Shown here: positions 10,868 to 21,556 of the stretch, piece after piece
Position numbering within the stretch: position 1 is the first letter of the stretch
Layout of the letters: each line of letters opens with the position of its first letter
From: Lachnospiraceae bacterium
Lineage (GTDB): Bacteria > Bacillota_I > Bacilli_A > RFN20 > CAG-826
Length of the DNA stretch: 64,000 nt
Assembly: GCA_963643725.1 (NCBI GenBank)
Contig: CAVILR010000001.1
Location: 19,232-83,231, forward strand
Direction: 5' to 3'
The notes under the pieces: generated by a model
The model's input: the letters and a program-made list of their open reading frames with translations, nothing else
Databases searched by the model: none
What the model was told of the DNA's origin: nothing
Translations under genes and position numbers: made by a program

Positions 10868-11713
10868 ATGGAACTTGATTTTTGCAACAACGGGCCAAAA
10901 ATATTCGATAAATACGAAGATGTTTTTATAGATTTAGCTAATAGAGTTTTTTCATATCTAGGTATTGATATCAATTATGTTGTCGATGTAACCATTGTCG
11001 ACAATGAAGCGATTAAAAACATTAATCGCGATTATCGCAAAATTGATAAACCAACAGATGTCATTAGCTTTGCTTTTTTTGATGATGATAATGAATTAGC
11101 AAATGATGGAATTCCTAATTCGCTAGGACAAATCGTTATTTCATATGAAAAAGCCGAAGAGCAATCTCGTTTATATAAACATAGTTTAGAACGAGAAATA
11201 TCGTTTTTATTTGTTCACGGATTATTACATTTATTAGGTTATGACCATATGAATAGTCATGACGCTTTAATCATGTTTTCTTTGCAAGATGAAATATTAG
11301 GAGGCATAAAAATGGAAAACAAAGATCTTATTGCTAAGGCTATCGAAGCTAGAGAGTTAGCTCGCGTTCCTTATTCACATTTTCAAGTAGGCGCCGCTTT
11401 ACTCACGAAAGATGGGCGCGTCTTTTTAGGGGCAAACATCGAAAATTCTTCTTATCCTCTATGCATGTGTGCCGAGCGAAATGCTGTTTATAATGCCTAT
11501 CTTCACGGAGTGAAAAAGGAAGATATTGCTGCATTAGCGTTAGCCGCGGATACTGATGGACCATGCTCTCCCTGCGGAGCGTGTAGACAAGTTCTTTCTG
11601 AGCTTATTCCTAGCGACGCACCGATTATTATGTCTAATCTCAAAGGTGATGTAAAAGTTACGAATATTGTTGAATTATTGCCTTATGCTTTTTCGGAGGA
11701 AGATTTAAAATAA
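10868..11713 (+). CDS. ybeY-cdd: Fusion ORF: endoribonuclease YbeY (aa 1-148) plus cytidine deaminase Cdd (aa 149-281)
   Basis: YbeY metal site HGLLHLLGYDH. Cdd zinc motifs CMCAERNA and CSPCGACRQ. An in-frame AGGAGG (11299-11304) lies 7 nt before the internal ATG at 11312. Confidence 0.85.
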   Translation: MELDFCNNGPKIFDKYEDVFIDLANRVFSYLGIDINYVVDVTIVDNEAIKNINRDYRKIDKPTDVISFAFFDDDNELANDGIPNSLGQIVISYEKAEEQSRLYKHSLEREISFLFVHGLLHLLGYDHMNSHDALIMFSLQDEILGGIKMENKDLIAKAIEARELARVPYSHFQVGAALLTKDGRVFLGANIENSSYPLCMCAERNAVYNAYLHGVKKEDIAALALAADTDGPCSPCGACRQVLSELIPSDAPIIMSNLKGDVKVTNIVELLPYAFSEEDLK

Positions 11714-12585
11714 TGCATTCTGGTTTTGTTGCTATCATCGGCAAAGCTAACGCCGGAAAATCGACTCTTTTAAATGCTCTTTTAAATCACGACGTATCGA
11801 TTGTTAGTGAAAAAGCTCAGACGACACGAAATGTGATAAGAGGCATTTACGATGATGGAGAATATCAAATCGTTTTCATCGATACTCCAGGAATTCATAA
11901 ACCTCATCATTCGCTTGGAAAAATTATGAATCAAGATGCTTTTGAATCCGTAAAAGGAGTCGAGGCGATAGTTTTAGTGGTGGACGGTTCAGCTAAATTC
12001 AATACCGGAGATGAAACCATTTTAAAAAGGATTCCGAATAACACACCGCTTTTTGTTGTTATCAATAAAATTGATTTATTGCATCTTCCTGAGGTTATTG
12101 ATATTAAAAAACGCTTCCAGGAGGCATACCCAAAAGCAACGCTTATCGAGATGTGTGCGATAAAAAACTTCGGCGTTAACGATTTACTCGATTCATTAAA
12201 GAAACTCTTGCCGGAAGGACCTCGTTATTATCCTGAAGAACAAATCGTCGATAAGGATGCTGCCTTTTATGTTGCTGAAATCGTTCGCGAGAAGGCGTTA
12301 AAGTTTTTAGATGACGAAATACCTCACGAACTCGCTGTACGCGTTGATGAAATCAAACACAAAAAAGATGCAGTCTTTATTAAAGCGACTATCATTGTCG
12401 ACCGCGAATCGCATAAGGGCATCGTTATCGGTAAGGGCGGGAAAAAGATCAAAACGATTGGAACAAAAGCTCGCTTAACTTTAGAAAATTATTTTAATAA
12501 ACATGTTTTTTTGGAACTATTTGTGTCCGTCAAAGAAGATTGGATTAATAATCCGCGCATTTTAAAAGAACTCGGTTATAAATAA
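11713..12585 (+). CDS. era: GTPase Era
   Basis: GKANAGKSTLLN, DTPG, NKID and a C-terminal KH domain (VIGKGGKKIK). Its start overlaps the upstream stop (TAATG). Confidence 0.95.
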   Translation: MHSGFVAIIGKANAGKSTLLNALLNHDVSIVSEKAQTTRNVIRGIYDDGEYQIVFIDTPGIHKPHHSLGKIMNQDAFESVKGVEAIVLVVDGSAKFNTGDETILKRIPNNTPLFVVINKIDLLHLPEVIDIKKRFQEAYPKATLIEMCAIKNFGVNDLLDSLKKLLPEGPRYYPEEQIVDKDAAFYVAEIVREKALKFLDDEIPHELAVRVDEIKHKKDAVFIKATIIVDRESHKGIVIGKGGKKIKTIGTKARLTLENYFNKHVFLELFVSVKEDWINNPRILKELGYK

Positions 12586-13307
12586 TGCTCGAAGTTGAAG
12601 GAATTATTATTAAATCAACACCATTTCGCGAGAATGATGCGATGATAACAATGATTTCTCAAGATCGACTCTATTCTTTTTTAGCTAGAGGCGTTATGAA
12701 ATTTTCTAGTAAAAATGCCGCGAGCGTATCACTATTTTCTAAATCGCTCGTTAGTTTATCTAGAACAAAAGATGGTCTTTCGCTAAGAAGTGGAACGCTT
12801 TTAGAAAGTTATAACGCTTCAAATAATAAGCTTGAGGTACTCGCCTCAATCAAATTGATTTGTGAGATTACAAGCACGTTTATCATTCAAGCGGAAGAGT
12901 GCGGTCGAATATATGCAGCATTAGAGAAAACGTTGACGTTAATTAATAAGGGTTTTTCCTCTTTAACGATATCTTTAATCTATTTTGCTTATGTTTTAAG
13001 AGTGATTGGATATGGTCTTAATGTCGATAAATGCGTAAAATGTGGCCAAAAGCTTCAAATAACAAGCATTTCATACGAGGATGGAGGATTTATTTGCCAA
13101 GATTGTTTTGAGGCCTTAAAACACATAAAAGAAACAAAACGAAAATTGCAAATAATTAGATACATTTTCAAAGTTGAACCATTATCGTTTGACAAAATAG
13201 AATTTTCTAATGAGGAATGCTTAAGCATTATTGAAGAATTGAACGATTTTGTTAATTCGAAGTTAGATGTTAGGTTGAGAACAATAAAATTGTTATCAAA
13301 GATTTAG
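12585..13307 (+). CDS. recO: DNA repair protein RecO
   Basis: Position after era, size of 240 aa, and the CVKCG...CQDC zinc motif. Confidence 0.85.
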   Translation: MLEVEGIIIKSTPFRENDAMITMISQDRLYSFLARGVMKFSSKNAASVSLFSKSLVSLSRTKDGLSLRSGTLLESYNASNNKLEVLASIKLICEITSTFIIQAEECGRIYAALEKTLTLINKGFSSLTISLIYFAYVLRVIGYGLNVDKCVKCGQKLQITSISYEDGGFICQDCFEALKHIKETKRKLQIIRYIFKVEPLSFDKIEFSNEECLSIIEELNDFVNSKLDVRLRTIKLLSKI

Positions 13308-13383
13308 AAAGTTCACTCATAATGGGTTGACAAAACACCATATTAGTGAGAGTATTTTCGCGTTATTTTTTGAGGGAATAAAT

Positions 13384-14751
13384 ATGGAAAAAAAGTTTGA
13401 TGAAATCGTTACTCATTTGATTACAAGTGGCTTTGTTTACCAAGATTCTGAAATCTATGGTGGCCTTTCTAATTCTTGGGATTTTGGTCCATTAGGTGTC
13501 GAATTAAAAAACAATATTAAAAAGTTGTGGTGGAAAAAATTTGTTCAAGAATCACCTACAAATGTCGGCATTGATGCAGCAATTTTGATGAATCCTCGCG
13601 TTTGGCAAGCCACAGGACACGTCGCAACATTTGCTGATCCGTTAATCGATTGTAAAGAATGCCATACGCGTCATCGCGCGGACGAGTTAATTGCGAACGC
13701 TTATCCTGATGTTGATGTCAACGGTATGACTAACGAAGAAATGATTCAATTTATCAAAGATAAAAAGATTAAATGCCCTAACTGTGGAAAAAGCAGTTTT
13801 ACAGATATTCGCCAATTCAATTTGATGTTTAGAACGCATATCGGCGTCACCGAGGAATCAGAGAGTTTAGTCTATCTACGACCTGAAACCGCCCAAGGAA
13901 TGTTTGTTAATTTCAAAAATGTTCAAAGAACAACGCGTCGTAAATTGCCATTTGGCATTTGCAATATCGGTAAGAGCTTCCGAAACGAAATTACTCCGGG
14001 CAATTTTATATTCCGCGTCCGTGAATTCGAACAAATGGAGATGGAATTCTTCTGTAAGCCAGGAACCGATTTAGAATGGTTTTCCTATTGGAAAGATTAT
14101 GCGTTGAAATTCTTAGAATCATTGAATATATCGGAGGAAAATCTACGTTATCGCGATCATGAAAAAGAAGAATTGGCTTTCTATTCAAAAGCGACGACAG
14201 ATGTCGAATATAAATTCCCTTTTGGCTGGGGAGAAATTCTTGGCGTTGCCGATAGAACTGACTACGATTTAAAACGCCATATGGATTGTAGCGGTCAATC
14301 ACTTGAATATCTCGACCCTGAAACAAATGAGAAATATGTGCCATATTGCATTGAGCCTTCAATGGGTGTTGAACGCATATTCTTAATGATTTTATGCGAA
14401 GCATATGATGTAGAACAATTAGAAAAAGACAAACGTATTGTCCTACATATTAAACCTTGTTTAGCTCCTTATTTAGCGGCGATTTTACCATTGAGTAAAG
14501 AACTTGGACCGAAGGCTAAAGAAGTACAAGCATTTCTTAATAAGCATTTCTCAACTGTCTATGATGAGACCGCATCAATTGGTAAACGTTACCGCCGTCA
14601 AGATGCGATTGGGACTCCATATTGCGTAACGATTGACTACGATACCGTAAACGATGGATGTGTTACAGTTCGCGATAGAGATACGATGGTTCAAGAAAGA
14701 ATTAAAATAAGTGAATTAAGAAATTATCTTTTAGATAAAATTGAAGAATAG
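13384..14751 (+). CDS. glyQS: Glycine--tRNA ligase (dimeric class II GlyQS type)
   Basis: [25 protein letters not shown] and class II motifs. I prefer the start at ATG 13384 (MEKKFDEIV), because the ORF-track start at 13327 is TTG within a TTGACA promoter-like box. Confidence 0.92.
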   Translation: MEKKFDEIVTHLITSGFVYQDSEIYGGLSNSWDFGPLGVELKNNIKKLWWKKFVQESPTNVGIDAAILMNPRVWQATGHVATFADPLIDCKECHTRHRADELIANAYPDVDVNGMTNEEMIQFIKDKKIKCPNCGKSSFTDIRQFNLMFRTHIGVTEESESLVYLRPETAQGMFVNFKNVQRTTRRKLPFGICNIGKSFRNEITPGNFIFRVREFEQMEMEFFCKPGTDLEWFSYWKDYALKFLESLNISEENLRYRDHEKEELAFYSKATTDVEYKFPFGWGEILGVADRTDYDLKRHMDCSGQSLEYLDPETNEKYVPYCIEPSMGVERIFLMILCEAYDVEQLEKDKRIVLHIKPCLAPYLAAILPLSKELGPKAKEVQAFLNKHFSTVYDETASIGKRYRRQDAIGTPYCVTIDYDTVNDGCVTVRDRDTMVQERIKISELRNYLLDKIEE

Positions 14752-14776
14752 TTAAAAATTAGTATAAAAATAGTAT

Positions 14777-16588
14777 ATGACATTTGACCACGACCTACTC
14801 CAAGAGATTAAAAAACGCGCCGATATAGTCGACGTAATTTCTTCATACGTCAATGTCATTAAAAAAGGACGAAATTATGCTTCGCTTTGCCCTTTTCATG
14901 ACGATCATAATCCTTCAATGAACATCAATAAAGAAAGGCAAACATATCATTGCTTTGTCTGTCACGCCGGAGGCGATGTCTTCTCTTTTGTTTCTGAATA
15001 TGAAAAGATTCCGTTTTCAGAGGCGGTAAAACGAGTTTGCGAAATTATAAATTTCGATGATCCTCGCCTTCATCAATTGAATACTTCGAAGCCTGTAAAT
15101 CCAGATATTCAAATTCTTTATAATTGCATCAATGAATTGCAAAAGTTTTATGAATATGGATTGCAGACTGATGAAGGAAAAATTGCTAAAGATTATTTAG
15201 CGAAGCGTCAAATCAGCGAAGAACAAGCGACTAAGTTTTCTTTAGGCTATGCCATTAAAGACGGTAAAAAGACTATTTCATATCTACAACAAAAAGGATT
15301 TAGTTTAAAAAATATCGAAGATATAGGCATTGCTTTAGCTAAAATCAGCGACACCGCCGATTCGAATGCCGGAAGATTGATATTTCCAATTAAAAATTAT
15401 AATGGTCAAGTTGTCGGCTTTTCCGCGCGTAAATTTGACGAGAATAAAGAAACTCCAAAATATGTCAATTCGCCTGAGACAAAGATTTTTAGAAAAAGTG
15501 AGATTTTATATAATTTCGATTTGGCTAAACAAACCGCAAAACATGATGGATATATTTATTTAGTTGAAGGTTTTATGGATGTTTTTGCTCTCGATTCTAT
15601 CGGTATATCCTCGGTCGTTGCCTTGATGGGAACTAAATTATCGCAAAAACACCTTGAACTACTCAGGCGGTTGAATGTTGAAGTTCGACTTTGTCTTGAT
15701 GGCGATAAACCTGGGCAAGAAGCGATGATGGCGATGATGCTACAGCTAGATAAAGCAGAAATATCTTATCGATTAGTCTCTATTCCAAAAGAAATTCGCG
15801 ATCCTGATGAGATTTTAAAGCAGGATGGTAAAGACAAATTGTTGAAATTTGTCAATTCGCTTGTCGACCCATTTGATTTCGCTTTGAATTATTATCAAAA
15901 CATTTCTCCGTTGAACACGATTGATGATCGTAAAAAAGTCATCGCGCATTTCGCTCCGATGATAAATGGGCTTAAAAGTAAATTAGAATACGAAGATTAT
16001 ATTTATAAATTAGCAGATGTTACGGGATTTAATCACAACGCTATCCGCGACTACTTAAAAGATGTAAAGGGTAAAACTACTGAAACTTCTTCGTCAAATT
16101 ACATCTTTGAAGAAAAACCTCCGCAAGCACTTAAACTTGCGCGCGAATTAAGAAGGTTAACCAACGCGGAGAAAATTGTGCTCGAGCAGATGGCTCAAAG
16201 CAAAGTGGCGATTGATTTTTACGAGAAGAATATCAAGTACTTCACGACAGAGATTTATCGACAATTGGCCAATTATTTTGTTGAATATGCTTCGAAATAT
16301 AGCAACATTGAACTTTCAATGGTCATCGACTTAATCGCATCTAGCAATCCAACGAATAAGAAGGAACTGCTAGCTTTGGTAAGTTCGTTACCTAATAGAA
16401 AGGTCGATAATGGAGAATTAACAGAAATTCTCAACGATTGTTTAAAAGTTATTGAGGAGGAAAGAAGTGTCGCGTATGAGAAATCGCTGCTCAAGAAGGC
16501 TTTAGAAGGAAAAAGCCAACAAGAAAGAGCAAGATTACTCGATGATTACGTAAAAAGAACAAATAAAGACAATAAACCTACATCGTAA
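14777..16588 (+). CDS. dnaG: DNA primase
   Basis: Zinc finger CPFHDDHNPSM...CFVCH and TOPRIM motifs EGFMDV and DGDKPG. It precedes sigA. Confidence 0.95.
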   Translation: MTFDHDLLQEIKKRADIVDVISSYVNVIKKGRNYASLCPFHDDHNPSMNINKERQTYHCFVCHAGGDVFSFVSEYEKIPFSEAVKRVCEIINFDDPRLHQLNTSKPVNPDIQILYNCINELQKFYEYGLQTDEGKIAKDYLAKRQISEEQATKFSLGYAIKDGKKTISYLQQKGFSLKNIEDIGIALAKISDTADSNAGRLIFPIKNYNGQVVGFSARKFDENKETPKYVNSPETKIFRKSEILYNFDLAKQTAKHDGYIYLVEGFMDVFALDSIGISSVVALMGTKLSQKHLELLRRLNVEVRLCLDGDKPGQEAMMAMMLQLDKAEISYRLVSIPKEIRDPDEILKQDGKDKLLKFVNSLVDPFDFALNYYQNISPLNTIDDRKKVIAHFAPMINGLKSKLEYEDYIYKLADVTGFNHNAIRDYLKDVKGKTTETSSSNYIFEEKPPQALKLARELRRLTNAEKIVLEQMAQSKVAIDFYEKNIKYFTTEIYRQLANYFVEYASKYSNIELSMVIDLIASSNPTNKKELLALVSSLPNRKVDNGELTEILNDCLKVIEEERSVAYEKSLLKKALEGKSQQERARLLDDYVKRTNKDNKPTS

Positions 16589-16618
16589 TAGGTTAAATAT
16601 TAGAAAGGGATTAAAAAT

Positions 16619-17887
16619 ATGGCAGCAAAAGAGAAAAAAACAACAAAAAAACCACAGAAAAAAGTTACAAAGACTTTAACAGATGATATCGATAATGTAA
16701 TTGATAACGACGAGATTGAAACCTTAGATTCGATCAAAAAACGATTGCTTAAAAAAGCAAAGGAAAATGAAAATCAAATCGAACAATCAGAAATTTCTGA
16801 TGCAACATCGTTTTTAGATTTGACTGATGAAGATATTGACGAGCTTCAAAACTATTTCAAGGATAATGGGGTAACTGTTATCTCTGATGAAGACGAAAAA
16901 GATATCGATGAATTAGAATTTGGCGAAGGCGATGAAGATGATGCCCTTTTAGAAGATGATGATTTAGAAGATGCACAATTCGAAGAAGAAGATGTTCCTA
17001 GCGAACAAGAGCTTAATGATTTAAGCAAATTAGTCGCTGGCGATGTTAAAGTTAATGACTCTGTTAAGATTTATCTTAAAGAGATTGGTAAGGTTCCTCT
17101 TTTAACCGCAAAAGAAGAAACTGAATTAGCTAAACGTGTCGATGCTGGCGATGAAGAGGCTAAACAGCAATTAATAAATGCGAACTTGCGTTTAGTTATT
17201 TCTATCGCAAAACGCTATGCTGGTCGAGGAATGCCATTTCTTGATTTGATTCAAGAAGGAAATATGGGTTTAATGAAAGCAGTTGGAAAATTTGACTATA
17301 CAAAGGGTTTTAAATTTTCAACTTATGCGACTTGGTGGATTCGCCAAGCAATTGCTCGCGCTATCGCAGATCAAGCCCGTACAATTCGAATTCCTGTACA
17401 TATGGTTGAAACAATTAACAAAATTACAAGAGCTCAAAGAGAATTAGTTCAAAAATTAGGTCGTGATCCAACGGCGGAGGAAATTAGTGAAAAACTTGAG
17501 GGCGCCTTATCGCCTGATAGAATTCGCGAAATTCAGCGCGTTAATCAAGAACCGGTGTCTTTAGAAACTCCTATCGGCGAAGAAGATGATTCTCGTCTAG
17601 CTGATTTCGTTGAAGATAAGGAAACATTATCTCCAAGCGAATACACAAGAAAATCTTTATTAAAACAAGAGCTTTACGATGTCATGCGCGAGAGTTTAAC
17701 AGACCGCGAAGAAAAGGTATTACGTCGTCGTTATGGTTTGGATGATAATCATCCGCGAACATTAGAAGAAGTCGGCAAAGAATTTGGCGTTACACGTGAA
17801 CGTATTCGACAAATTGAAGCCAAAGCTATTCGCACCCTCCGAAAGAAAAATAAACTTAAAAAACTCGGCGATTATCACGAAATTTAA
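16619..17887 (+). CDS. sigA: Primary sigma factor (RpoD/SigA)
   Basis: Acidic region 1, [13 protein letters not shown] (region 2) and [20 protein letters not shown] (region 4.2). Confidence 0.97.
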   Translation: MAAKEKKTTKKPQKKVTKTLTDDIDNVIDNDEIETLDSIKKRLLKKAKENENQIEQSEISDATSFLDLTDEDIDELQNYFKDNGVTVISDEDEKDIDELEFGEGDEDDALLEDDDLEDAQFEEEDVPSEQELNDLSKLVAGDVKVNDSVKIYLKEIGKVPLLTAKEETELAKRVDAGDEEAKQQLINANLRLVISIAKRYAGRGMPFLDLIQEGNMGLMKAVGKFDYTKGFKFSTYATWWIRQAIARAIADQARTIRIPVHMVETINKITRAQRELVQKLGRDPTAEEISEKLEGALSPDRIREIQRVNQEPVSLETPIGEEDDSRLADFVEDKETLSPSEYTRKSLLKQELYDVMRESLTDREEKVLRRRYGLDDNHPRTLEEVGKEFGVTRERIRQIEAKAIRTLRKKNKLKKLGDYHEI

Positions 17888-18519
17888 TGATGAATATATC
17901 TAATAGACTTAAAACGATTGCCGATTTTGTTCATCCTAACGCATCGCTTTTTGATGTCGGGGCAGATCACGGGCTATTAGATGTCTATCTTCTTTTAAAT
18001 CACCGCGTTAAAAGCGTCGTGGCTGTTGAAAATAAAATTAATCCCTATAATTCGCTAAAAAAAGCTTTAAAAAATTATTCCGATGCAAGAGCGCTTTATA
18101 GCGACGGCCTCGATGATATGCCTAACGATATTACAACTATTGTTTTAGCTGGTCTCGGCGGTCATACAATTGTCGATATATTGAAGAAAAACGCGAACAA
18201 ACTCGATAATATTGAACAAATAGTTGTTGATGCTCATCGCGATGTAATGCTCGTTCGAGAAGAGATAATTAAGCTAGGTTATATAATCGAAAAAGAAAAA
18301 ATAGTTTATGATAATAAAATCTATTATTTTGTTATCTCTTTTGTTAAGGGACATCAACAATACGATGATGATGTATTAGAATTTGGCTTGAATGTAAAAG
18401 AAGATGAATTGTTCGAACAATTTAAAAAAGAACAATTAGAGCATTTGTATTCAATTTGTGGAAAAGCAAAGAACGATATTAAGATTTTAGACAAAATAAG
18501 GAGATTAGAAAATTTATGA
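17887..18519 (+). CDS. trmK: tRNA (adenine22-N1)-methyltransferase TrmK
   Basis: LSNRLKTIADFV...DVGADHG N-terminus, and synteny with yqfN after sigA. Confidence 0.8.
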   Translation: MMNISNRLKTIADFVHPNASLFDVGADHGLLDVYLLLNHRVKSVVAVENKINPYNSLKKALKNYSDARALYSDGLDDMPNDITTIVLAGLGGHTIVDILKKNANKLDNIEQIVVDAHRDVMLVREEIIKLGYIIEKEKIVYDNKIYYFVISFVKGHQQYDDDVLEFGLNVKEDELFEQFKKEQLEHLYSICGKAKNDIKILDKIRRLENL

Positions 18520-19289
18520 ACACGATTAAACTTCTTAGAAAACTCGCAACAAGATTTCCTAAATCGATAGCTAGTCACGGTGATCACATTGGATTGATGA
18601 CGGGAAAACTGCCTGAGAATGTCGATTCGATTTTACTATGTTTAGACTTTGACGATATCGTTTTTGCTGAATTAGAAAAAATGGAACATAAACCCGACCT
18701 TATATTGACGCATCATCCTTTTATTTACGGAACAAAATATCGAGTATTTAAACATGATGAAGTTAAAAAGGAATTATGTGAACGCATCGATAAAATGGGC
18801 ATTCCTGTTTATAGTATGCATACAAATTTTGATACTGGTAAAGGCGGCATGAACGATGCGTTAGCGGAAGCTTTAAATCTAAAGAATATTACGCCATTAG
18901 AAACCTGCCAAATGGCGCGCGGAGGACTATTAGATAAGGAAATGGATATTCATGAATTTGCTAAATATGCGAATAAATGCTTGCATATTAGCTATTCTCA
19001 TCTCATCCACGCCGGGAAAGATGTTATTAAAAGCGTCGCCATTCTCGGCGGCGGCGGTTCGTATAAATATGTAAATGCGATGAATGAAGGATATGACATC
19101 TATATAAGCGGCGATACGCCTCATCATATACGTCGCGATGTCATCGCCTATAAGTACAATTATTTAGATGTTTCTCATGAAGTTGAAAGAATTTTTATGT
19201 ATCAAATGAAGAAATTATTGCTCGAGATCGACAACAGTTTACATATAACAATTGTCGACCATGAACAATTGCCTGAACTAATTATCTAA
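18516..19289 (+). CDS. Nif3-like dinuclear metal centre protein (YqfO family)
   Basis: THHPFIY, SMHTNFD and SGDTPHH motifs. Synteny after trmK. Confidence 0.82.
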   Translation: MNTIKLLRKLATRFPKSIASHGDHIGLMTGKLPENVDSILLCLDFDDIVFAELEKMEHKPDLILTHHPFIYGTKYRVFKHDEVKKELCERIDKMGIPVYSMHTNFDTGKGGMNDALAEALNLKNITPLETCQMARGGLLDKEMDIHEFAKYANKCLHISYSHLIHAGKDVIKSVAILGGGGSYKYVNAMNEGYDIYISGDTPHHIRRDVIAYKYNYLDVSHEVERIFMYQMKKLLLEIDNSLHITIVDHEQLPELII

Positions 19290-20162
19290 TTGTTCGATAA
19301 ATGATTTGATTTCTTCGACTATATATAAGGGAGTTGAAGCTCCTGAGACAATAGCTATTTTATAAAATTGATTGATGTCATCTATCATCAATTCTTTTTT
19401 ATTTTCTACAAGCAATACTTTTGCGTTTATAAAATTATTTTTCGCCAAATTATATAAAGTTATTGTGTTATTAGAATTTTTCCCGCCGACGACGATGATT
19501 AAATCGGTGTCTTTATCTAAAGATAAAAGTGACATTTGTCTAGATATTGACGCCTTACAAATACTCGGGTAAAAAGTGGCACTTGGTACATTTTTCTTAA
19601 TAACGTTATTGAGTTTTTTGACATCGAAGTCTGAAAATGTTGATTGGGAAACGATGATTGGATTTACTAATTTAGCATATTTTTGAGCATTCCCATCTAA
19701 CGTCAACAGATGAACTTTATTTGACAAGGATAAAGCTGCGTTACTCTCTGGATGATTCTCTTTTCCGATATAGATAATATCATGCCCTTTTTCGAGAAAG
19801 ACTTTCATATCAATTAAGGCTTTTTTTACAAACGGGCACGTCGCATCTACATAATTTATATTTTTTGAATTAAGTTTACGTTCTAGTGCATCGCTATGAC
19901 CATGCGCGGTTAAAATGACGATGGCATCATCAGGAACTTCATCCACTAAATCGAGTAAATTGTTTGCGTTATTGCTCAACGTTTTAATGCCGTAATCGCT
20001 AAGTTTGTTAATTGCGTCTAAGTTATGAACGAGCATTCCTAATATAACAACATTATTATTTGGGTGTTGTTCTTTAGTCGCTTTAGCGATTTTAATCGCT
20101 CGATCGACGCCGGCGCAATAACCAGCTGGTTCAACAATTGTTATTTTCCGTGGCTTTTTCAT
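19278..20162 (-). CDS. ispH: 4-hydroxy-3-methylbut-2-enyl diphosphate reductase (MEP pathway)
   Basis: LytB family: GYCAGVDRAI, ATCPFVKK and a third Cys in SICKAS. Length is 294 aa. Confidence 0.92.
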   Translation of the reverse strand: MKKPRKITIVEPAGYCAGVDRAIKIAKATKEQHPNNNVVILGMLVHNLDAINKLSDYGIKTLSNNANNLLDLVDEVPDDAIVILTAHGHSDALERKLNSKNINYVDATCPFVKKALIDMKVFLEKGHDIIYIGKENHPESNAALSLSNKVHLLTLDGNAQKYAKLVNPIIVSQSTFSDFDVKKLNNVIKKNVPSATFYPSICKASISRQMSLLSLDKDTDLIIVVGGKNSNNTITLYNLAKNNFINAKVLLVENKKELMIDDINQFYKIAIVSGASTPLYIVEEIKSFIEQLDN

Positions 20163-20197
20163 AATCTGTCCATTTATAATTAATAAACGTAAATATT

Positions 20198-21556
20198 ATG
20201 TCATTTAAAGCGGTAAATTTGTCTAATAAAATGCTAATGTCCTTGTCTCGCCAAGGCTATTTAGAACCATCTCCGATCCAACTTAAGGCTTTGCCAAAGG
20301 CTCTAAAAGGTAAAACGTTGATGGTTCAATCAGCGACTGGAAGCGGGAAAACATTATGCTATTTAATTCCTATTATTGAAAATATTGATTATAAAGATAA
20401 ATCGTTGCAAGCAATTATAATTGCTCCAACTAGGGAGCTTGCTCAACAAATATACAATTTCGCAATTCCTTTTGCTAAAGAATATAGCGATTTAAAAATA
20501 CGTTTATTAAAATCTGGCGAGGAAATTGACAATTCCCTTAAAGGCTTATCTAGCAATCCGCACATCATAATCGGGACACCTGGAAGAATGCTCGATGTTT
20601 TAATAACTAATAACGCCTTAAAACTCAATAAAGTTAAAACGGTTGTTCTCGATGAAGCTGATATGCTCATTAAAGAAGGTTATTTTGAACAAATTGACCA
20701 AATTGTTGAAAAATTAAATAATCCTCAATTTTTAGTTTTTTCGGCGACTTTAGAAAAGACCTTATCGGCGAGATTAGAAAAATATGTTGGCTCGAATATT
20801 TCAATCGTCAACGAAGATATTTTGACATCAAAAAACGTCAAGCATTATTTAATCGATATTAAACATACATCTTTACTCGATGCTGTTGAGCAATTTATTA
20901 AAATTGTTAATCCATATTTGTTATTAATTTTTGCTTCAAAAAAAGAAACTGCGAACGATATTTATGGCAATTTAAAATCAAGACATTATAAAGTAGGTTT
21001 ACTAACGGGCGATTTATCATCGCGCGAAAGAAAAAATGTCATGAAGATGTTAGAAAACGAAAAGATTTATATTCTCGTTTGCTCCGATATGGCTTCAAGA
21101 GGATTAGATATTGAAGATGTAAGCGACATCCTTAATGTCGATTTACCTCGAAATCTTGATTTTTATTATCATCGCGCCGGAAGGACTGGCCGATTTAATA
21201 AAACAGGCAATTGTTATACCTTTTATAATGTTGATTCATCAAGGAAACCTCTTGAATTAATCAATCAAGGAATGAAATTTGATTACTTAGTTATGAAAGA
21301 TGGAGCATTTCTTCAAGGCAAAGGCATCGAAAAAACTCATCCTACTAGAAGGCGAGTCGATGAAGAATTGAATAAAGAGATCAAAAAGGTTACAAATATA
21401 TCGAAATCTAAAAACAAAAAAGTAAAACCTGGATATAAGAAAAAAACTCGATTGGCAGTGGAAAAAGTTAAACAAAAACATCGCCGAGAACTAATCAAAA
21501 AGGATATTCGACGTCAGAAAGAAGAACGTTATCGTCTAGAAAGCAGAAATAAATGA
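20198..21556 (+). CDS. cshB: DEAD-box ATP-dependent RNA helicase with basic C-terminal tail
   Basis: ATGSGKT, DEAD, SAT and HRAGRTGR. It occupies the yqfR position next to nfo. The gene symbol is assigned from synteny only. Confidence 0.85.
   Translation: MSFKAVNLSNKMLMSLSRQGYLEPSPIQLKALPKALKGKTLMVQSATGSGKTLCYLIPIIENIDYKDKSLQAIIIAPTRELAQQIYNFAIPFAKEYSDLKIRLLKSGEEIDNSLKGLSSNPHIIIGTPGRMLDVLITNNALKLNKVKTVVLDEADMLIKEGYFEQIDQIVEKLNNPQFLVFSATLEKTLSARLEKYVGSNISIVNEDILTSKNVKHYLIDIKHTSLLDAVEQFIKIVNPYLLLIFASKKETANDIYGNLKSRHYKVGLLTGDLSSRERKNVMKMLENEKIYILVCSDMASRGLDIEDVSDILNVDLPRNLDFYYHRAGRTGRFNKTGNCYTFYNVDSSRKPLELINQGMKFDYLVMKDGAFLQGKGIEKTHPTRRRVDEELNKEIKKVTNISKSKNKKVKPGYKKKTRLAVEKVKQKHRRELIKKDIRRQKEERYRLESRNK

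Noticed and set aside
13327-13383. The N-terminal extension of glyQS suggested by the ORF track (TTG start), and a possible T-box leader.
   Set aside because: The TTG is part of a TTGACA promoter-like hexamer. The conserved GlyRS sequence starts at MEKKFDEIV (ATG 13384). The 76-nt spacer is too short for a T-box.
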